From: Candidatus Latescibacterota bacterium
GTDB lineage: Bacteria; Latescibacterota; UBA2968; GCA-2709665
Length of the DNA stretch: 64,000 nucleotides
Direction: 5' to 3'
Assembly (NCBI GenBank): GCA_965248435.1
Contig: OZ252100.1
Location: 4,128,001-4,192,000, forward strand
The notes under the pieces were generated by a model. The model was given only the letters and a program-made list of their open reading frames with translations. It was not told the origin of the DNA and did not search any database. This document shows positions 1 through 10,644 of this stretch, one piece after another. The translations under genes were made by a program, and so were the position numbers. Numbering within the stretch: position 1 is the first letter of the stretch; each line of letters begins with the position of its first letter.

Positions 1-773
1 GATACATCAGTCACCTGCCCCCAGAACCCCGTGTCCTGAGGCTCCGTCCAGGTCTCGCCGCCGTCCGAGGACCACGCCGAGTGGACGTTGACTCCCTGAT
101 CGTTCTGCATGTCGTGCGTCCAGTAGACAGCGAGCAGGCGGCCGTCCTCCAGCAGGGTAATGCGCATGTCGAAGAAGTAGCGCCCGCCTTTCGGCTCGTG
201 CACCCTCCGCCACCTCTCCCAGGTTCGGCCGCCGTCGGTCGAGCGCGTGAGCAGGGAAGACCAGTCGGGCATTCGATCGCCTTTTCCTTCGTCGCCCCAT
301 TCGCCTGGCGACACGACCGTGCCGTCCGCCAGGGTTACCAGGTTGCCGCCGCACCCGACCCGGTCGAAGGGCGCGGCGTCGACGCTCGAGAACGGAGACC
401 AGGTGTCACCGACGTCGGAGGAACGAGTGACGAGCAGGCTCGAGGCTTCCCTGACTGCGGACAGGATGCGTACCCAGGCCAGGACGTCGCCCTCCCGGGT
501 GAGACCAAACACTCCGGGCACGTGATAGCCCTCGGCGGCGCCTGCCGGCTCGGGCAGCGGTCCGGCCGGCTGCCAGGTGGCGCCGCCGTCGGTCGAGCGG
601 TGGACGTTCACGACGCCGTCGTCGCTCTCCCGGGCCGTTCCGTGGCGGCAGGCACAGAGCAGCGAGTCGTCCGGCAGGGCCAGGATGGCGGGGAAGGCGA
701 CGTATTCGCTGAAACGATTGGGGTGCGGATTGCGATAGACAGTGCTGTGTCCCAGGATTTCGAGCTTTGGCAT
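1..773 (-). CDS. Sialidase-like / BNR (Asp-box) repeat protein, 3' end truncated by the window edge
   Basis: Hand translation from ATG at 773 (not in ORF track): MPKLEILGHSTVYRNPHPNRFSEYVAFPAIL..., with Asp boxes RSTDGGATW, RSSDVGDTW, RSTDGGRTW and WSSDGGETW. Confidence 0.85.
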   Translation of the reverse strand, partial: MPKLEILGHSTVYRNPHPNRFSEYVAFPAILALPDDSLLCACRHGTARESDDGVVNVHRSTDGGATWQPAGPLPEPAGAAEGYHVPGVFGLTREGDVLAWVRILSAVREASSLLVTRSSDVGDTWSPFSSVDAAPFDRVGCGGNLVTLADGTVVSPGEWGDEGKGDRMPDWSSLLTRSTDGGRTWERWRRVHEPKGGRYFFDMRITLLEDGRLLAVYWTHDMQNDQGVNVHSAWSSDGGETWTEPQDTGFWGQVTDV

Positions 774-896
774 CCGTCTGAATCCCTCTACTTCTGTTCG
801 CTGACCCGGTCTCTCACGAGCCTGTATGATAGGACCAACTTCGCCTTGTGCCAAGCGATCCGCGACCCCAGAGTCCCCCCAGGCATAGTTCCTGGC

Positions 897-1070
897 CGGT
901 CCCCTCCTTGGAGGGGACTTAGGGGTGGGTCTGATGAGAGAGATACTCAATATAATTGAAGGCCAAAGAAGGCTTGCCAAGAAGCAGGGCATCTGGAATT
1001 GGGTCACCGAAAACCCATTGTGACCTACCCCGCCCCGGCTTTGCCGGGACACCCCTCCCGGGAGGGGATT
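897..1070. repeat. Inverted pair of CCCCTCC-GGAGGGG palindromic elements (REPIN/MITE-like)
   Basis: tcccctccttggaggggacttaggggtgggtc (~900-931) and gacctacccc...acccctcccgggaggggatt (~1023-1070); related to elements in the array spacers. Confidence 0.6.
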
Positions 1071-1646
1071 CTTGTGATCATTCCTTCACTAGATGCGAGA
1101 TACGGATTCACTCACCGCGGAGGCGCGTCACAGCGTGCGCAGGGCGCCCTTGCGTGTCGCGTGATGCATAGACAGAAGATCGCCGTGACTCCCATCGTAT
1201 CGCGCGGATCGGATCTGCCCCGGCGAATCGACCTCGTATAAACGCTTAACCCTTCCCGGCCAAGCTGGGCGCCTTCCAGGCCTCTTCAAATCCCGGTAGA
1301 TCGAGCTCGCCGTGTCCACACCCGAGACCGGGTTCAGCAAGCATAATATATACCAAGCCGTTGGGTTTTATGGCATTTAGACCAATTTTCCAGACGTCTG
1401 GAAAATTGGTCTGGCCCACTGCCGTGCCCTGCTCAAGCTGCCGAGCGGAACGCGCGGGGGTTTGCGAAACGGCGACGCGCGCGCGGGATTTTGTCGTAGA
1501 GGCGCTGCAGGGCCTGTCCACCCTTGATGCGTAATCACCAAATCATTACCATGGCCACAGGACGTTAGCCGAAATTTCACCACTACCCGAGAAAAACAGA
1601 CCGCACGCAAAAGGACCGCCCTCTATCTGGTCGTGGAGAGATCGCT

Positions 1647-2426
1647 GTGACAGGCGTCCAGGAAATCGCTGCAAGTCGCCGAAGTCTACTCTCTGAACTT
1701 TTCGCCCGTCACAAACGGCACCGCGTCCCCATCGATGCCGTTTTTGATTTTCCTTTTGGCAAAGCCTTTGCGGATTCTGCGACCGATCCTGAAGTCGCGA
1801 TGCTGCGTTTGGGTGTATTTACGTATCTTGGTGGAAACCCGGATCACACAGCCGTTCGAGATCTGCTCGAGGGTCTGTCTCAAACGGCGATCATCCCCGA
1901 AACAGAGGCCTGGGCGGACGCTATTGTGCGGGTTCTTGGAAAAAGAGTAGAAAGACGAGATAGATGGGGCTTCTCCCACGAGGAATTGGACATAGATCAC
2001 CTGCGCATCCTCAGTCAAAAGATTCCCAAAGAGTATGAAATCCACGCGATATCTGACAATCGAGAATTGGCTGGAAAATTGGCTCGAAAAGGTGGGGGAG
2101 GGACAGTTTACACACCTGAACAGTTCATGGAGCATTGCATTGGTTTCTGCGCCCTTTCAGGACCCGATCTTGTAAGAGATCTTGTTGCAGCCGCTCTATC
2201 CGCAATGAACTCTAAGAGGGCAATTGAAATCACGATTGGCACAGACAAACCACATCGACGCAAAGGGCTGGCAACTGCTGTAGGCGCGTCACTGATTGCG
2301 TATTGCTTGGAGAAGGGAATTGAACCGCACTGGAACGCTGCGAGTCAGGCATCGGCGAGGCTTGCGGAAAAACTCGGTTATGTTCAGAATGATTTCTTCC
2401 ATCCCTATTTCCTTGGGGGCGAATAG
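1647..2426 (+). CDS. GNAT family acetyltransferase (C-terminal GNAT domain)
   Basis: EITIGTDKPHRRKGLA acetyl-CoA motif; ASARLAEKLGY; GGAG upstream of GTG. Confidence 0.85.
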   Translation: MTGVQEIAASRRSLLSELFARHKRHRVPIDAVFDFPFGKAFADSATDPEVAMLRLGVFTYLGGNPDHTAVRDLLEGLSQTAIIPETEAWADAIVRVLGKRVERRDRWGFSHEELDIDHLRILSQKIPKEYEIHAISDNRELAGKLARKGGGGTVYTPEQFMEHCIGFCALSGPDLVRDLVAAALSAMNSKRAIEITIGTDKPHRRKGLATAVGASLIAYCLEKGIEPHWNAASQASARLAEKLGYVQNDFFHPYFLGGE

Positions 2427-2607
2427 CGGAGCACCCCCCAAACAGGAGGAGAAGGGGAAATGAAATCCGAGAGTACGGATTCGGGAGGAAACGGGCGGGC
2501 TGAGGGACGAATGATTCGACCGCCGGGGACGGTTACGGGACCCAAGTGGGCGGAGATATAGCGCATTTTTTCTGTTCAATCACAGTTGGCCAGCTGTGGA
2601 GGTAGCA

Positions 2608-2955
2608 ATGAATCGCATCGAAGGCATCAGCCCGATTCTAAACGTATCAGATATGAAGCGAAGTCTTCGATTTTACGTCGATCTATTGGGTTTTGAAAAC
2701 GCGGAATGGGGCGACGAAAATTTCACCGGTGTTTCACGAGATGGCTTCACGATACTTCTGTGCAAGAGTGGCCAGGGCCAACCCGGCACATGGATATATA
2801 TTGGTATTGAAAATGCCCGGCAAGTATACGAGGACCTCTCCTCCAAAGGTGTGACGATCCTTATGGAGCCGACCAACAGGCCCTGGGCGCTTGAAGTAAA
2901 TGTTGAAGATCCGGACGGTCATGTATTGCGTTTTGGATCTGAACCAGAAGAATGA
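2608..2955 (+). CDS. VOC / glyoxalase-bleomycin resistance family protein
   Basis: PILNVSDMKRSLRFYVDLLGF...PWALEVNVEDPDGHVLRF; GGAGG RBS. Confidence 0.9.
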   Translation: MNRIEGISPILNVSDMKRSLRFYVDLLGFENAEWGDENFTGVSRDGFTILLCKSGQGQPGTWIYIGIENARQVYEDLSSKGVTILMEPTNRPWALEVNVEDPDGHVLRFGSEPEE

Positions 2956-2988
2956 AAGAAGTGTAATGCAACTGAACAGGTAGAGGAA

Positions 2989-3624
2989 TTGGACGCTCTC
3001 TCCTCAGCGCCACTGCTCGAAAACCAGATCGAACAGGCTGGTGATTTGTTCGCGCGTGCCTTTCAAGATGACCCGCTGAACGTCTACGCGCTGCCCGACG
3101 CACGCGAACGCGAACGTTTGAATCCGACTTACTTCTCGGCATTCGTAAGGTATGGCCATCTCGCCGGGGAGGTGTGGGCGACGGAGGGCAGTCTCGACGG
3201 GGTTGCGGTCTGGATCCCGCCGAATAACGGTGTCCAGATACCACCGGATCTGGCGGACCGGGCTGGCATCAGCGCCCTTCCGTCGATCCTTGGCGTCGAG
3301 GCAGTCGACCGCAAGAGGGAGGTGTTCGACCATCTGGACAGACTTCACGAGCGGGATGCCGAGGATCCACACTGGTACCTGATGTTCATAGGTGTGGAGC
3401 CGAATCGGCAGCGGCAGGGCGTCGGGAGCGCACTCTTACGGCCGGTACTGTCTCGTGCCGACTCGGATGGAAGACCCTGCTACCTCGAGACCTTTCAACC
3501 GACGAACGTTCCCTTCTACCTGAAGCACGGGTTTGAGATCGTCGTCAGAGATGTCGAACCGCAGAGCGGCATCCGGTTCTGGACGTTTCGGCGCGAGCCC
3601 GGAATAGATACACGTAAGCGATAG
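2989..3624 (+). CDS. GNAT N-acetyltransferase (puromycin acetyltransferase-like)
   Basis: HWYLMFIGVEPNRQRQGVGSALL...CYLET...NVPFYLKHGF. Confidence 0.9.
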   Translation: MDALSSAPLLENQIEQAGDLFARAFQDDPLNVYALPDARERERLNPTYFSAFVRYGHLAGEVWATEGSLDGVAVWIPPNNGVQIPPDLADRAGISALPSILGVEAVDRKREVFDHLDRLHERDAEDPHWYLMFIGVEPNRQRQGVGSALLRPVLSRADSDGRPCYLETFQPTNVPFYLKHGFEIVVRDVEPQSGIRFWTFRREPGIDTRKR

Positions 3625-3643
3625 ATTCAGTAAAGGATTCAAG

Positions 3644-5086
3644 ATGTCTTTAGAGCGCGATGACTTATCCCGTGTCGGTGGGATGTTGAAAACGCGCGAA
3701 GCCCGCGTGCTCACGTGGTCGCTTGGTGCACGGCTGGCTTTCTTCGCCATCTTCCTTGTGCTGTTGCTCCTGTATCTCCTCGGCTTAATTAGACCAGGTA
3801 TTGTCGCTGAGACCGACGTAGACGCGATCGCTTCGCTTTCTATCCTAGCTGTGGCAAGCTGCATCATTTCTTTGGGGTGTGTGCTCGCGAAACGCGAGCG
3901 GCATCTTCTCGCCGTCGGCATCGGCTCTGTCCTGCTCGATTTGGTCATGCTTGCCTTGCTACCGTTCATTTGGTACAAAGCTATGGACCTGCCTGATGGT
4001 TCTCCCGCTTTCCTCATGAAGAACGAGTTGGTTACGATCGGCATGGTCATGATAGCCGTCAACAGCTTGACGCTGAGGCCGATGTATCCAGCGATGATGG
4101 CCGCGGGTGTGATCGCAATTCATCTCGCGATCATGCAGTGGGTGCTCGGCGACCCACGGGTTACCGTCACGTCGCAATTCAGCGAGCATTTCTACACCTC
4201 CGCCGTAAATCCTGGCATCTTTGTTGTCCGTATGGTAATTCTGGCAATGGTCGGCGGAGCTCTGGCTTTCCTGGCGTGGTTCGCCAGGCGGCTGATCCAG
4301 GACGGGGTAGCGCTTGAAGTCTCCAACTTCGAGATCAAGGAACAGCAGGCACATCTCATCCATGAGGGCAAGATGGCCGCGGTGAGCGGACTGGTAGCGG
4401 GTGTTGCACATGAAGTCAACAATCCGCTCGGCGCGGTAAGGAGCAGTCTGGAGACTTCGCAAATAGGCGCTTCAAAGCTTGCAGGGGAATTGGCAGCTTC
4501 TTCACCTGGGTCAAAGATCGACAAGATCCTTAAGGTCATGAAGGACAGCAACAGAGTTGCACTCCAGGCCGTTGAAAGAATTTCTAATCTGGTTCGCTCG
4601 CTGAGGGATTTTTCCCGCCTCGACGAGGCCGAGGTTCAGCTTACTGATCTTCATGCAGATCTGGACACCGCCCTGTCGCTCATCGAGCCAGACGTAAAGG
4701 GAAAAGTGGAGGTCCTCAAGCAATATAGAGACATCCCTCAGATCAAGTGCAGGCCCAAGGAACTCAATCAAGTGTTCATGACGATCCTCCTCAACGCATT
4801 CGAGGCCATGGACGGAGCGGGAACGCTTCGTATCAGCACCGAAGCCGTTGATGGCCACATTGCAATCGAGATTTCGGACTCCGGGCCAGGGATACCGGAT
4901 GATCTACTGTCCAATCTGTTTGAAATCGGGTTTGCTGCCAGCAAGGGCAGGATATCGATGGGGCTGGGATTGCCCGTGGCACACAGGGTTGTAAAGCATC
5001 ACAACGGGGAACTATCGGTTCAGAGCATATTGGACCAGGGTACGTCTTTTAAGATATCATTGCCACTGAATGAGCTACCAGATTAG
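3644..5086 (+). CDS. Membrane sensor histidine kinase (NtrB-like transmitter)
   Basis: Several N-terminal TM helices; H-box AGVAHEVNNPL, N-box LNQVFMTILLNA, G-boxes DSGPGI and GLGL. Confidence 0.9.
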   Translation: MSLERDDLSRVGGMLKTREARVLTWSLGARLAFFAIFLVLLLLYLLGLIRPGIVAETDVDAIASLSILAVASCIISLGCVLAKRERHLLAVGIGSVLLDLVMLALLPFIWYKAMDLPDGSPAFLMKNELVTIGMVMIAVNSLTLRPMYPAMMAAGVIAIHLAIMQWVLGDPRVTVTSQFSEHFYTSAVNPGIFVVRMVILAMVGGALAFLAWFARRLIQDGVALEVSNFEIKEQQAHLIHEGKMAAVSGLVAGVAHEVNNPLGAVRSSLETSQIGASKLAGELAASSPGSKIDKILKVMKDSNRVALQAVERISNLVRSLRDFSRLDEAEVQLTDLHADLDTALSLIEPDVKGKVEVLKQYRDIPQIKCRPKELNQVFMTILLNAFEAMDGAGTLRISTEAVDGHIAIEISDSGPGIPDDLLSNLFEIGFAASKGRISMGLGLPVAHRVVKHHNGELSVQSILDQGTSFKISLPLNELPD

Positions 5087-5239
5087 TCCGTAAGCGCGCC
5101 CGCCATATGTACGGTCAAAGACGTTCAGACAGGCAAAACAACCAAACAGGATGAGTTATTCCGTTTTGGTAGAGTAAGGTGTTTACGAGCGTGCTGGCAA
5201 GAGACCAAACTGATACACGGGGCTGCGACTTTGTATAAC

Positions 5240-6259
5240 ATGCGAATGTGTGCCGGTCTGCTGGTGCTGCTCTTCCTGGCCCCTTTCGAACTGAAGGGGG
5301 AATCATTCCTCTTTGAATCCGCCAGGGTAAGCGTATGGCGCGCTCCGAGCTCCGGTTTCAGGGGTGCCCAGGAGATCAACGTCACCGCACTCAGGCTCGA
5401 GGGAAAAACCGTTGTTATCGACCCGGGGGTCGAGCGCTGGCGGGACGACCTTCTTTCAGTCTTTCCAGTCATAGACGAGATATGGATCACGCACGCGCAC
5501 CCCGACCACGCGGCCCTTTCGGGGATCCTCCAGGAAAAGTCAGGATCCAGGATCCTGTGCTCGGCCCAGGGCAAGGCGATTCTCGAGAATCCACGAGCCT
5601 TCCTGAAAGGAGAATTCGATGCCGCGGGCCCGCTCAAGGGAGATATATTTCCCTGGTATCTCAGGCCGTTCTCGCAGGCAGCGCTCAAGTTCGCATATGG
5701 GCCCTGGCCGCCCGCGAGCGTGGATGAGACATTCGATTCTGACGGAATGGTCCGCTATGGCGTGACGGTCCGGCATCTTCCCGGGCATACTGACGGATCT
5801 GTCGGCTTCTCTCTTCTTGAAGAGGGAAAGCGGGTGCTGGTCATCGGTGATTTATTTCAGCAGCGCGCCGTCGGCGACTTTGTTCTATCCATAAACCTCC
5901 CACGCGCAGATCTGGATAAGGCCCTCCGGTCGCTCGAGGAAATAAAGTCCTGGGGACCTGACATCACCATCCCCGCTCATGGAGCGCTGATGGAAGGGGC
6001 TGGCTTCATCTCGGATGGCATCGACCATACCATCTCGAAGTACAAGGCGTACCGAGAGAAGGTACGCGCCTTTCTTGTAGAAAGGGGTCGTCTGCCTTCG
6101 CTCGCATCCATTGCGCGTGAAGTCCCGTTCGAATGGCCTGACTCATACAATCCCGGCTTTACTCAGAAGCGATCGCTCGTCTTTGCCGTCTTGAAATCTC
6201 TCAGGAGAGAGGGGAGTCTGCCATCCCAGATCGCCGGGCGGATCTCCGTTCATCCATAG
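5240..6259 (+). CDS. Metallo-beta-lactamase fold hydrolase, possibly secreted
   Basis: THAHPDH, PGHTDG, GD and PAHG motifs; hydrophobic N-terminus. Confidence 0.85.
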   Translation: MRMCAGLLVLLFLAPFELKGESFLFESARVSVWRAPSSGFRGAQEINVTALRLEGKTVVIDPGVERWRDDLLSVFPVIDEIWITHAHPDHAALSGILQEKSGSRILCSAQGKAILENPRAFLKGEFDAAGPLKGDIFPWYLRPFSQAALKFAYGPWPPASVDETFDSDGMVRYGVTVRHLPGHTDGSVGFSLLEEGKRVLVIGDLFQQRAVGDFVLSINLPRADLDKALRSLEEIKSWGPDITIPAHGALMEGAGFISDGIDHTISKYKAYREKVRAFLVERGRLPSLASIAREVPFEWPDSYNPGFTQKRSLVFAVLKSLRREGSLPSQIAGRISVHP

Positions 6260-6325
6260 GCCGGGATCTGGGCTAAGCACCAAGAGGCGGTCAAGGTAAT
6301 TCGCCTAACCGGAAGGAGGACACTT

Positions 6326-6826
6326 ATGGCTTCAGAAGTCCTGGGACAGGACATGCTGAAGGTCGTGGTGAGCATAGCGCTCGGGATGCTCACCTACGGG
6401 CTGATCGCGCGATGGTATGTCATGCCGGCGCTGGCGACCCTTTCCCGCAACGATGCGCTGATCCCGCTCGTGCTTCCGCACGCGTTTCGGTATATCGGGC
6501 TGGCTTTTCTGATTCCTGGTGTCGTTTCAGCCGACGTGACGCACGATTTCGCGGTGCCGGCAGCCTATGGCGACCTTCTGGCGTCAGTTTTGGCGCTGCT
6601 CGCGGCTGTCGCACTCAAGTCGAGATGGTCGATCGCAGTTCCGGCAGTCTGGATCTTCAACCTTGAAGGAACTCTGGACGCGCTGTATGCCGTGTCACAG
6701 GGCGTCCAGCACGTGGATGCAGGCCAACTGGGCGGCGTGATCTTTATCCCTCTCCTGATCGTCCCGGCTCTGTTCGTGACCCACATTATGATCTTTCAGA
6801 TTCTGCTGAGGAGACCCGCGTCTTGA
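6326..6826 (+). CDS. Integral membrane protein of unknown function
   Basis: About 5 TM segments; GGAGG RBS; resembles 13855..14565 (H/Q-A-x-R, G/P-D, W-x-x-N-L pattern). Confidence 0.8.
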   Translation: MASEVLGQDMLKVVVSIALGMLTYGLIARWYVMPALATLSRNDALIPLVLPHAFRYIGLAFLIPGVVSADVTHDFAVPAAYGDLLASVLALLAAVALKSRWSIAVPAVWIFNLEGTLDALYAVSQGVQHVDAGQLGGVIFIPLLIVPALFVTHIMIFQILLRRPAS

Positions 6827-6865
6827 AACGCTGCTGGTGTGAGGGATGACGCATAACGCGGCAGG

Positions 6866-7291
6866 ATGAATATGAAGAGGCCGCCTCTACAGAGGATGCT
6901 CGAATTTGGGCTCTACGTTGACTACGTTGAGCGTGCGGCGGACTTCTACGCCCGCGTCTTTGGGTTTCGAGCTCTGATGTTGAATGAGCGGATTGGCGTG
7001 CTTGACGTGGAGGGTAAGCAGATCCTGCTCCTCTTCAAGCATGGGGCGTCGACCGAGCCGATGAAAGTGCCGGGGGGTGTGATACCGCCGCACGACGGCG
7101 AGGGGACGTCGCACATCGCGTTCGCCATCCAGGAGCGTGACGTCAGCCACTGGGAGGGCTGGCTGAGGGAGCAGGCGCTGGAGATCGAGAGCAAGGTGGC
7201 GTGGGAGGAGGGAGGCCAGAGCCTATATTTCCGGGACCTGGATGGGCATTTGCTAGAGCTCGCAACTCCCGGTGTTTGGGAGACCTACTGA
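6866..7291 (+). CDS. VOC / glyoxalase family protein
   Basis: LYVDYVERAADFY...HIAFAI...SLYFRDLDGHLLELA. Confidence 0.9.
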   Translation: MNMKRPPLQRMLEFGLYVDYVERAADFYARVFGFRALMLNERIGVLDVEGKQILLLFKHGASTEPMKVPGGVIPPHDGEGTSHIAFAIQERDVSHWEGWLREQALEIESKVAWEEGGQSLYFRDLDGHLLELATPGVWETY

Positions 7292-7317
7292 ACTAGCAAG
7301 GCCAACTAGGTGAACTC

Positions 7318-7372
7318 ATGAAGGCATACGTGGTCCGCAATGCGGGTCCACCGGGCGTACTGGAATTTACAG
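7318..7372 (+). pseudogene. N-terminal remnant of a zinc-binding dehydrogenase / quinone oxidoreductase (MDR family)
   Basis: MKAYVVRNAGPPGVLE resembles the MDR N-terminus MKAxxxxxxGGPEVL; similarity is lost immediately afterwards. Confidence 0.45.
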
Positions 7373-7417
7373 GAGTAACGAATTTTGTTTTCTTAAATCA
7401 TACCCGGAGGAATCAAA

Positions 7418-8431
7418 ATGAGCGAACAGCCAACACCAGAGAAAATCATGCAGGTTGGCCTGGGTTTTTGGGGTTCCAGAACACTACTGAGTGCCGTGGA
7501 GATGGGACTCTTTACCGAACTGGCCAGGCAAGGCGAAGATCTAAACGGACTTCAGCATCGGCTAGGATTGCATCCACGCTCCGCACGTGACTTCTTGGAT
7601 GCTTTGGTTGCAATGGGATTCCTAAGAAGAGTCGATGGGAAGTATCAGAATACGCCGGAAACAGATCTGTTTCTGGACAAGCAGAAACCCTCATACATAG
7701 GTGGAATGTTAGAGATGTCCAGTCACCGGCTCTTCGGGTTTTGGAATCATCTCACCGAAGCACTGCGCACCGGAGAGCCACAGAATGAGGCGAAGGGTGG
7801 GGGCGATTCCTTTTTTGCCACCTTGTACGCGGATCCAGATCGGCTTAAGGGATTCTTGGCGGCAATGACGGGTATCAGCCACGGGGCCAATCTTGCCATT
7901 GCTGGGAAGTTTTCCTGGAGCGACTATAAGACTTTTGCGGATGTGGGGACCGCACAGGGAGATCTTGGTGTTCAGGTTGCCCTCACGCACTCTCATTTGT
8001 CAGGTATCGGACTCGATCTACCTGGGGTAGCGCCCATTTTCGAGGAGTATGTCGAACAAAATGGTCTTTCGGAGCGTTTGCAGTTTGCCGCAGCCGATTT
8101 TTTCAAAGATTCTCTACCCCCGGTCGATGTCATCATGATGGGGCACATTCTTCACGATTGGAATCTGGAAGAGAAGAAGCTCCTCATCCAGAAGGCCTTC
8201 GACGCTATACCGGAAGGTGGCGCCTTCATTGTGTATGAGTCCATCATTGACGATGATCGATCTCAAAACGCCTTTGGACTTCTGATGAGTCTGAATATGC
8301 TCATCGAGACACCCGGTGGTTTTGATTATACGGGGGCCGACTGCGCGGGCTGGATGAAGGAAATTGGATTCCAAAAAACCTGGGTTGAACCTTTGGTAGG
8401 ACCGGACTCTATGGTCATAGGAGTCAAATAG
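7418..8431 (+). CDS. SAM-dependent O-methyltransferase (Methyltransf_2 family with dimerisation domain)
   Basis: [10 protein letters not shown] and GHILHDW motifs; GGAGG RBS. Confidence 0.9.
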   Translation: MSEQPTPEKIMQVGLGFWGSRTLLSAVEMGLFTELARQGEDLNGLQHRLGLHPRSARDFLDALVAMGFLRRVDGKYQNTPETDLFLDKQKPSYIGGMLEMSSHRLFGFWNHLTEALRTGEPQNEAKGGGDSFFATLYADPDRLKGFLAAMTGISHGANLAIAGKFSWSDYKTFADVGTAQGDLGVQVALTHSHLSGIGLDLPGVAPIFEEYVEQNGLSERLQFAAADFFKDSLPPVDVIMMGHILHDWNLEEKKLLIQKAFDAIPEGGAFIVYESIIDDDRSQNAFGLLMSLNMLIETPGGFDYTGADCAGWMKEIGFQKTWVEPLVGPDSMVIGVK

Positions 8432-8569
8432 TCAGCGTTTCAATTTCAGGTCATTCAGCGAAGCAAGGATCTTGTCGTGCGACCGCACGCAGGATCAGCA
8501 AGACCACGCCTTTTATAAGACTTTGTGTTTTATGGGCTTATAATAAATTTCTACACGCGTAGAAATTTA

Positions 8570-8700
8570 GGCTGGACGACCGGTACCAGCCGGATCTGTT
8601 CTACCTGCTGGAGAACAGGACAGTGAGGTGGTGCTCAGGGAGGGCCGGTTTCTGAACCGCGAGCTCGTGGAGGCGGGATCGGCCAGGCGAGTTTGGGAGC
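8570..8700 (+). pseudogene. Degraded thermonuclease (SNase) fragment
   Basis: DDRYQR and GRFLNRELVEAGSA pieces resemble SNase DRYGR.../FLNxELVxxGxA; no intact ORF. Confidence 0.4.
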
Positions 8701-8713
8701 CCCACTTACACAC

Positions 8714-8742
8714 TTGACCTGCAATCATCGAATCGGTAAACT
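8714..8742 (+). promoter_or_regulatory. Sigma70-like promoter of PhyH copy 1
   Basis: TTGACC-17-TAAACT; homologous to the promoter at 9719. Confidence 0.6.
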
Positions 8743-8789
8743 TCAGCGATAAAGAATCCGAAAGCAGGGCCCGAAAGAGGAGAACTCCC

Positions 8790-9614
8790 ATGCTAACAGA
8801 CCTGGAAGTCGGACAGTTCCGCGCCTTCGGCTATGTCGTCCTGAAGGACTGCCTGGATGTGGACGAGCTGCAGGGAGTTCAGGACGCGTTCGACCGCGTA
8901 ACCGAGCGTGCGCCGGACTTTGAAGAGTTCGGCCCGTCCGGGACCCGGAGGTCGACATCGTTTATGGAAGAGGAGGGGGCGCTGGCGGCGCTGATCGAAC
9001 ACCCGAAGATCATGGAGGCGATGCGGGACATCGACGGGACCGAGTTCCTCTACATAGGCAACGGCGACCTGACGGCGAACATGGATGAGGTCTACTGGCA
9101 CACCGACGGCTGCCCCAGCATGCAGCCGATGACGGTGAAGACCGTCTTCTACCTCAGTGGGACGCCCGACGGCGAGGGGGCGCTGAACATCATCCCGGGG
9201 AGCTTTCACCCCGATTTCAGCGCCGCGCTCTACCGGTCGTATGCGCCGCTCGGGGAGGAGTACCGCAGGCGATCGCACAATCCGGATCCGAGCACCCGGG
9301 AGAACGTTCCCGGCATGGTCCAGGTCCTCGCGAACCCGTGCGACGTGGTGATCTGGGACAACCGGATGTGGCATTCGGCCTGGAAGCGGCGGGATGGGAA
9401 GCCGCGGCGGAATATCTTCTTCAGCTACGTGCGCGACCCGCTGGATGACCCGATCCGCGGGCGGGAGGCCCGGGAGCACATAGACAGATACCGTTCGGGC
9501 CCGAGCCGCCGATTCGTCTACAGCAAGAAATTGATGGAGGAAGGCGGCCCCGCGCGTGAGATGATGGCGAAGCGGCTGGAGGAGCTGGGGGTTGAAAACG
9601 TGCGGGAAGGATAA
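8790..9614 (+). CDS. Phytanoyl-CoA dioxygenase (PhyH) family Fe(II)/2OG dioxygenase, copy 1
   Basis: FRAFGYVVL, WHTD (HxD), GALNIIPGSF, WHSA, RR. Confidence 0.9.
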   Translation: MLTDLEVGQFRAFGYVVLKDCLDVDELQGVQDAFDRVTERAPDFEEFGPSGTRRSTSFMEEEGALAALIEHPKIMEAMRDIDGTEFLYIGNGDLTANMDEVYWHTDGCPSMQPMTVKTVFYLSGTPDGEGALNIIPGSFHPDFSAALYRSYAPLGEEYRRRSHNPDPSTRENVPGMVQVLANPCDVVIWDNRMWHSAWKRRDGKPRRNIFFSYVRDPLDDPIRGREAREHIDRYRSGPSRRFVYSKKLMEEGGPAREMMAKRLEELGVENVREG

Positions 9615-9643
9615 ACCAGACCTAAAAGACGTCACCCAAACAG

Positions 9644-9690
9644 AGAAGACCCCGTCCTGATTCAGCGAGATCAGGGCGGGTTCTTATTTG
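9644..9690 (+). terminator. CCCCGTCCTGA...TCAGGGCGGG hairpin (repeat family copy 1)
   Basis: GC stem plus T-rich tail after the stop codon. Confidence 0.7.
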
Positions 9691-9718
9691 GTGGGACGGG
9701 GAAGCGCTATGTACTCAC

Positions 9719-9747
9719 TTGACGTGTCATCACTAAATCGTTACTCT
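9719..9747 (+). promoter_or_regulatory. Sigma70-like promoter of PhyH copy 2
   Basis: TTGACG-17-TACTCT. Confidence 0.6.
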
Positions 9748-9793
9748 TCAGCGAAGGAAGGCGAGAAGCAGTACCAAAGAGAGGGCAAATCCA

Positions 9794-10614
9794 ATGTTGA
9801 ATGACCTGGAAGTCGGACAGTTCCGCGCCTTCGGCTATGTCGTCCTAAAGGACTGCCTGGATGCGGACGAGCTGCAGGAAGTTCAGGAGGCGTTCGACCG
9901 CGTAACCGAGCGCGCACCGGACTTTGACAACTTCGGCCCGTCCGGGACCCGGAGGTCGATATCGTTCACGGAAGAGGAGGAGGTGCTGGGGGCGCTGATC
10001 GAACAGCCCAGGATCATGGAGGCGATGCGGGACATCGACGGGACCGAGTTCCTCTACATAGGCAACGCCGACCTGACGGCGAACATGGATGAGGTCTACT
10101 GGCACACCGACGGCAACCCCAGCATGCAGCCCATGACGGTGAAGACCGTGTTCTACCTCAGTGGGACGCCCGACGGCGAGGGGGCGCTGAACATCATCCC
10201 GGGGAGCTTTCACCCCGATTTCAGCGCCGCGCTCTACCGGTCCTACGCGCCGCTCGGGGAGGAGTACCGCAGGCGATCACACCGTCCGGATTCGAACACC
10301 CGGGAAAACGTTCCCGGCGTGGTCCAGGTCCTCGCGAACCCGGGCGACGTGGTGATCTGGGACAACCGGCTGTGGCATTCCGCGTGGAAGCGCAAGGACG
10401 GGAAGCCGCGGCGGAATATCTTCTACAACTATGTGCGGGACCCGCTGGGTGACCCGGTTCGCGGGCGCGAGGTGCGGGAGCACGTGGCGTATTACCGTTC
10501 GGACCCTCACCGTTCGTCTACAGCAAAAAGATGATGGAGGCCGGCGGCCCCGCGCGCGGGAAGATGGCGGCACGGCTGGAGTCGCTGGGCGTGGAAAACG
10601 TGCGAGAGGGATAA
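9794..10614 (+). CDS. PhyH family dioxygenase copy 2, frameshifted near 10510 (in-frame stop at 10534)
   Basis: Close paralog of 8790..9614; the homologous tail FVYSKKMMEAGGPARGKMAARLESLGVENVREG* continues in another frame to TAA 10614. Confidence 0.85.
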
Positions 10615-10644
10615 ACGGCGCATCCACAGTGACGTCGCACAAAT

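Noticed and set aside
81-959. 292-aa plus-strand ORF
   Set aside because: Antisense shadow of the Asp-box gene on the minus strand
1128-1521. Short minus-strand ORFs with GCGHG (methyltransferase-like)
   Set aside because: A single short motif with no supportable gene; at most a remnant
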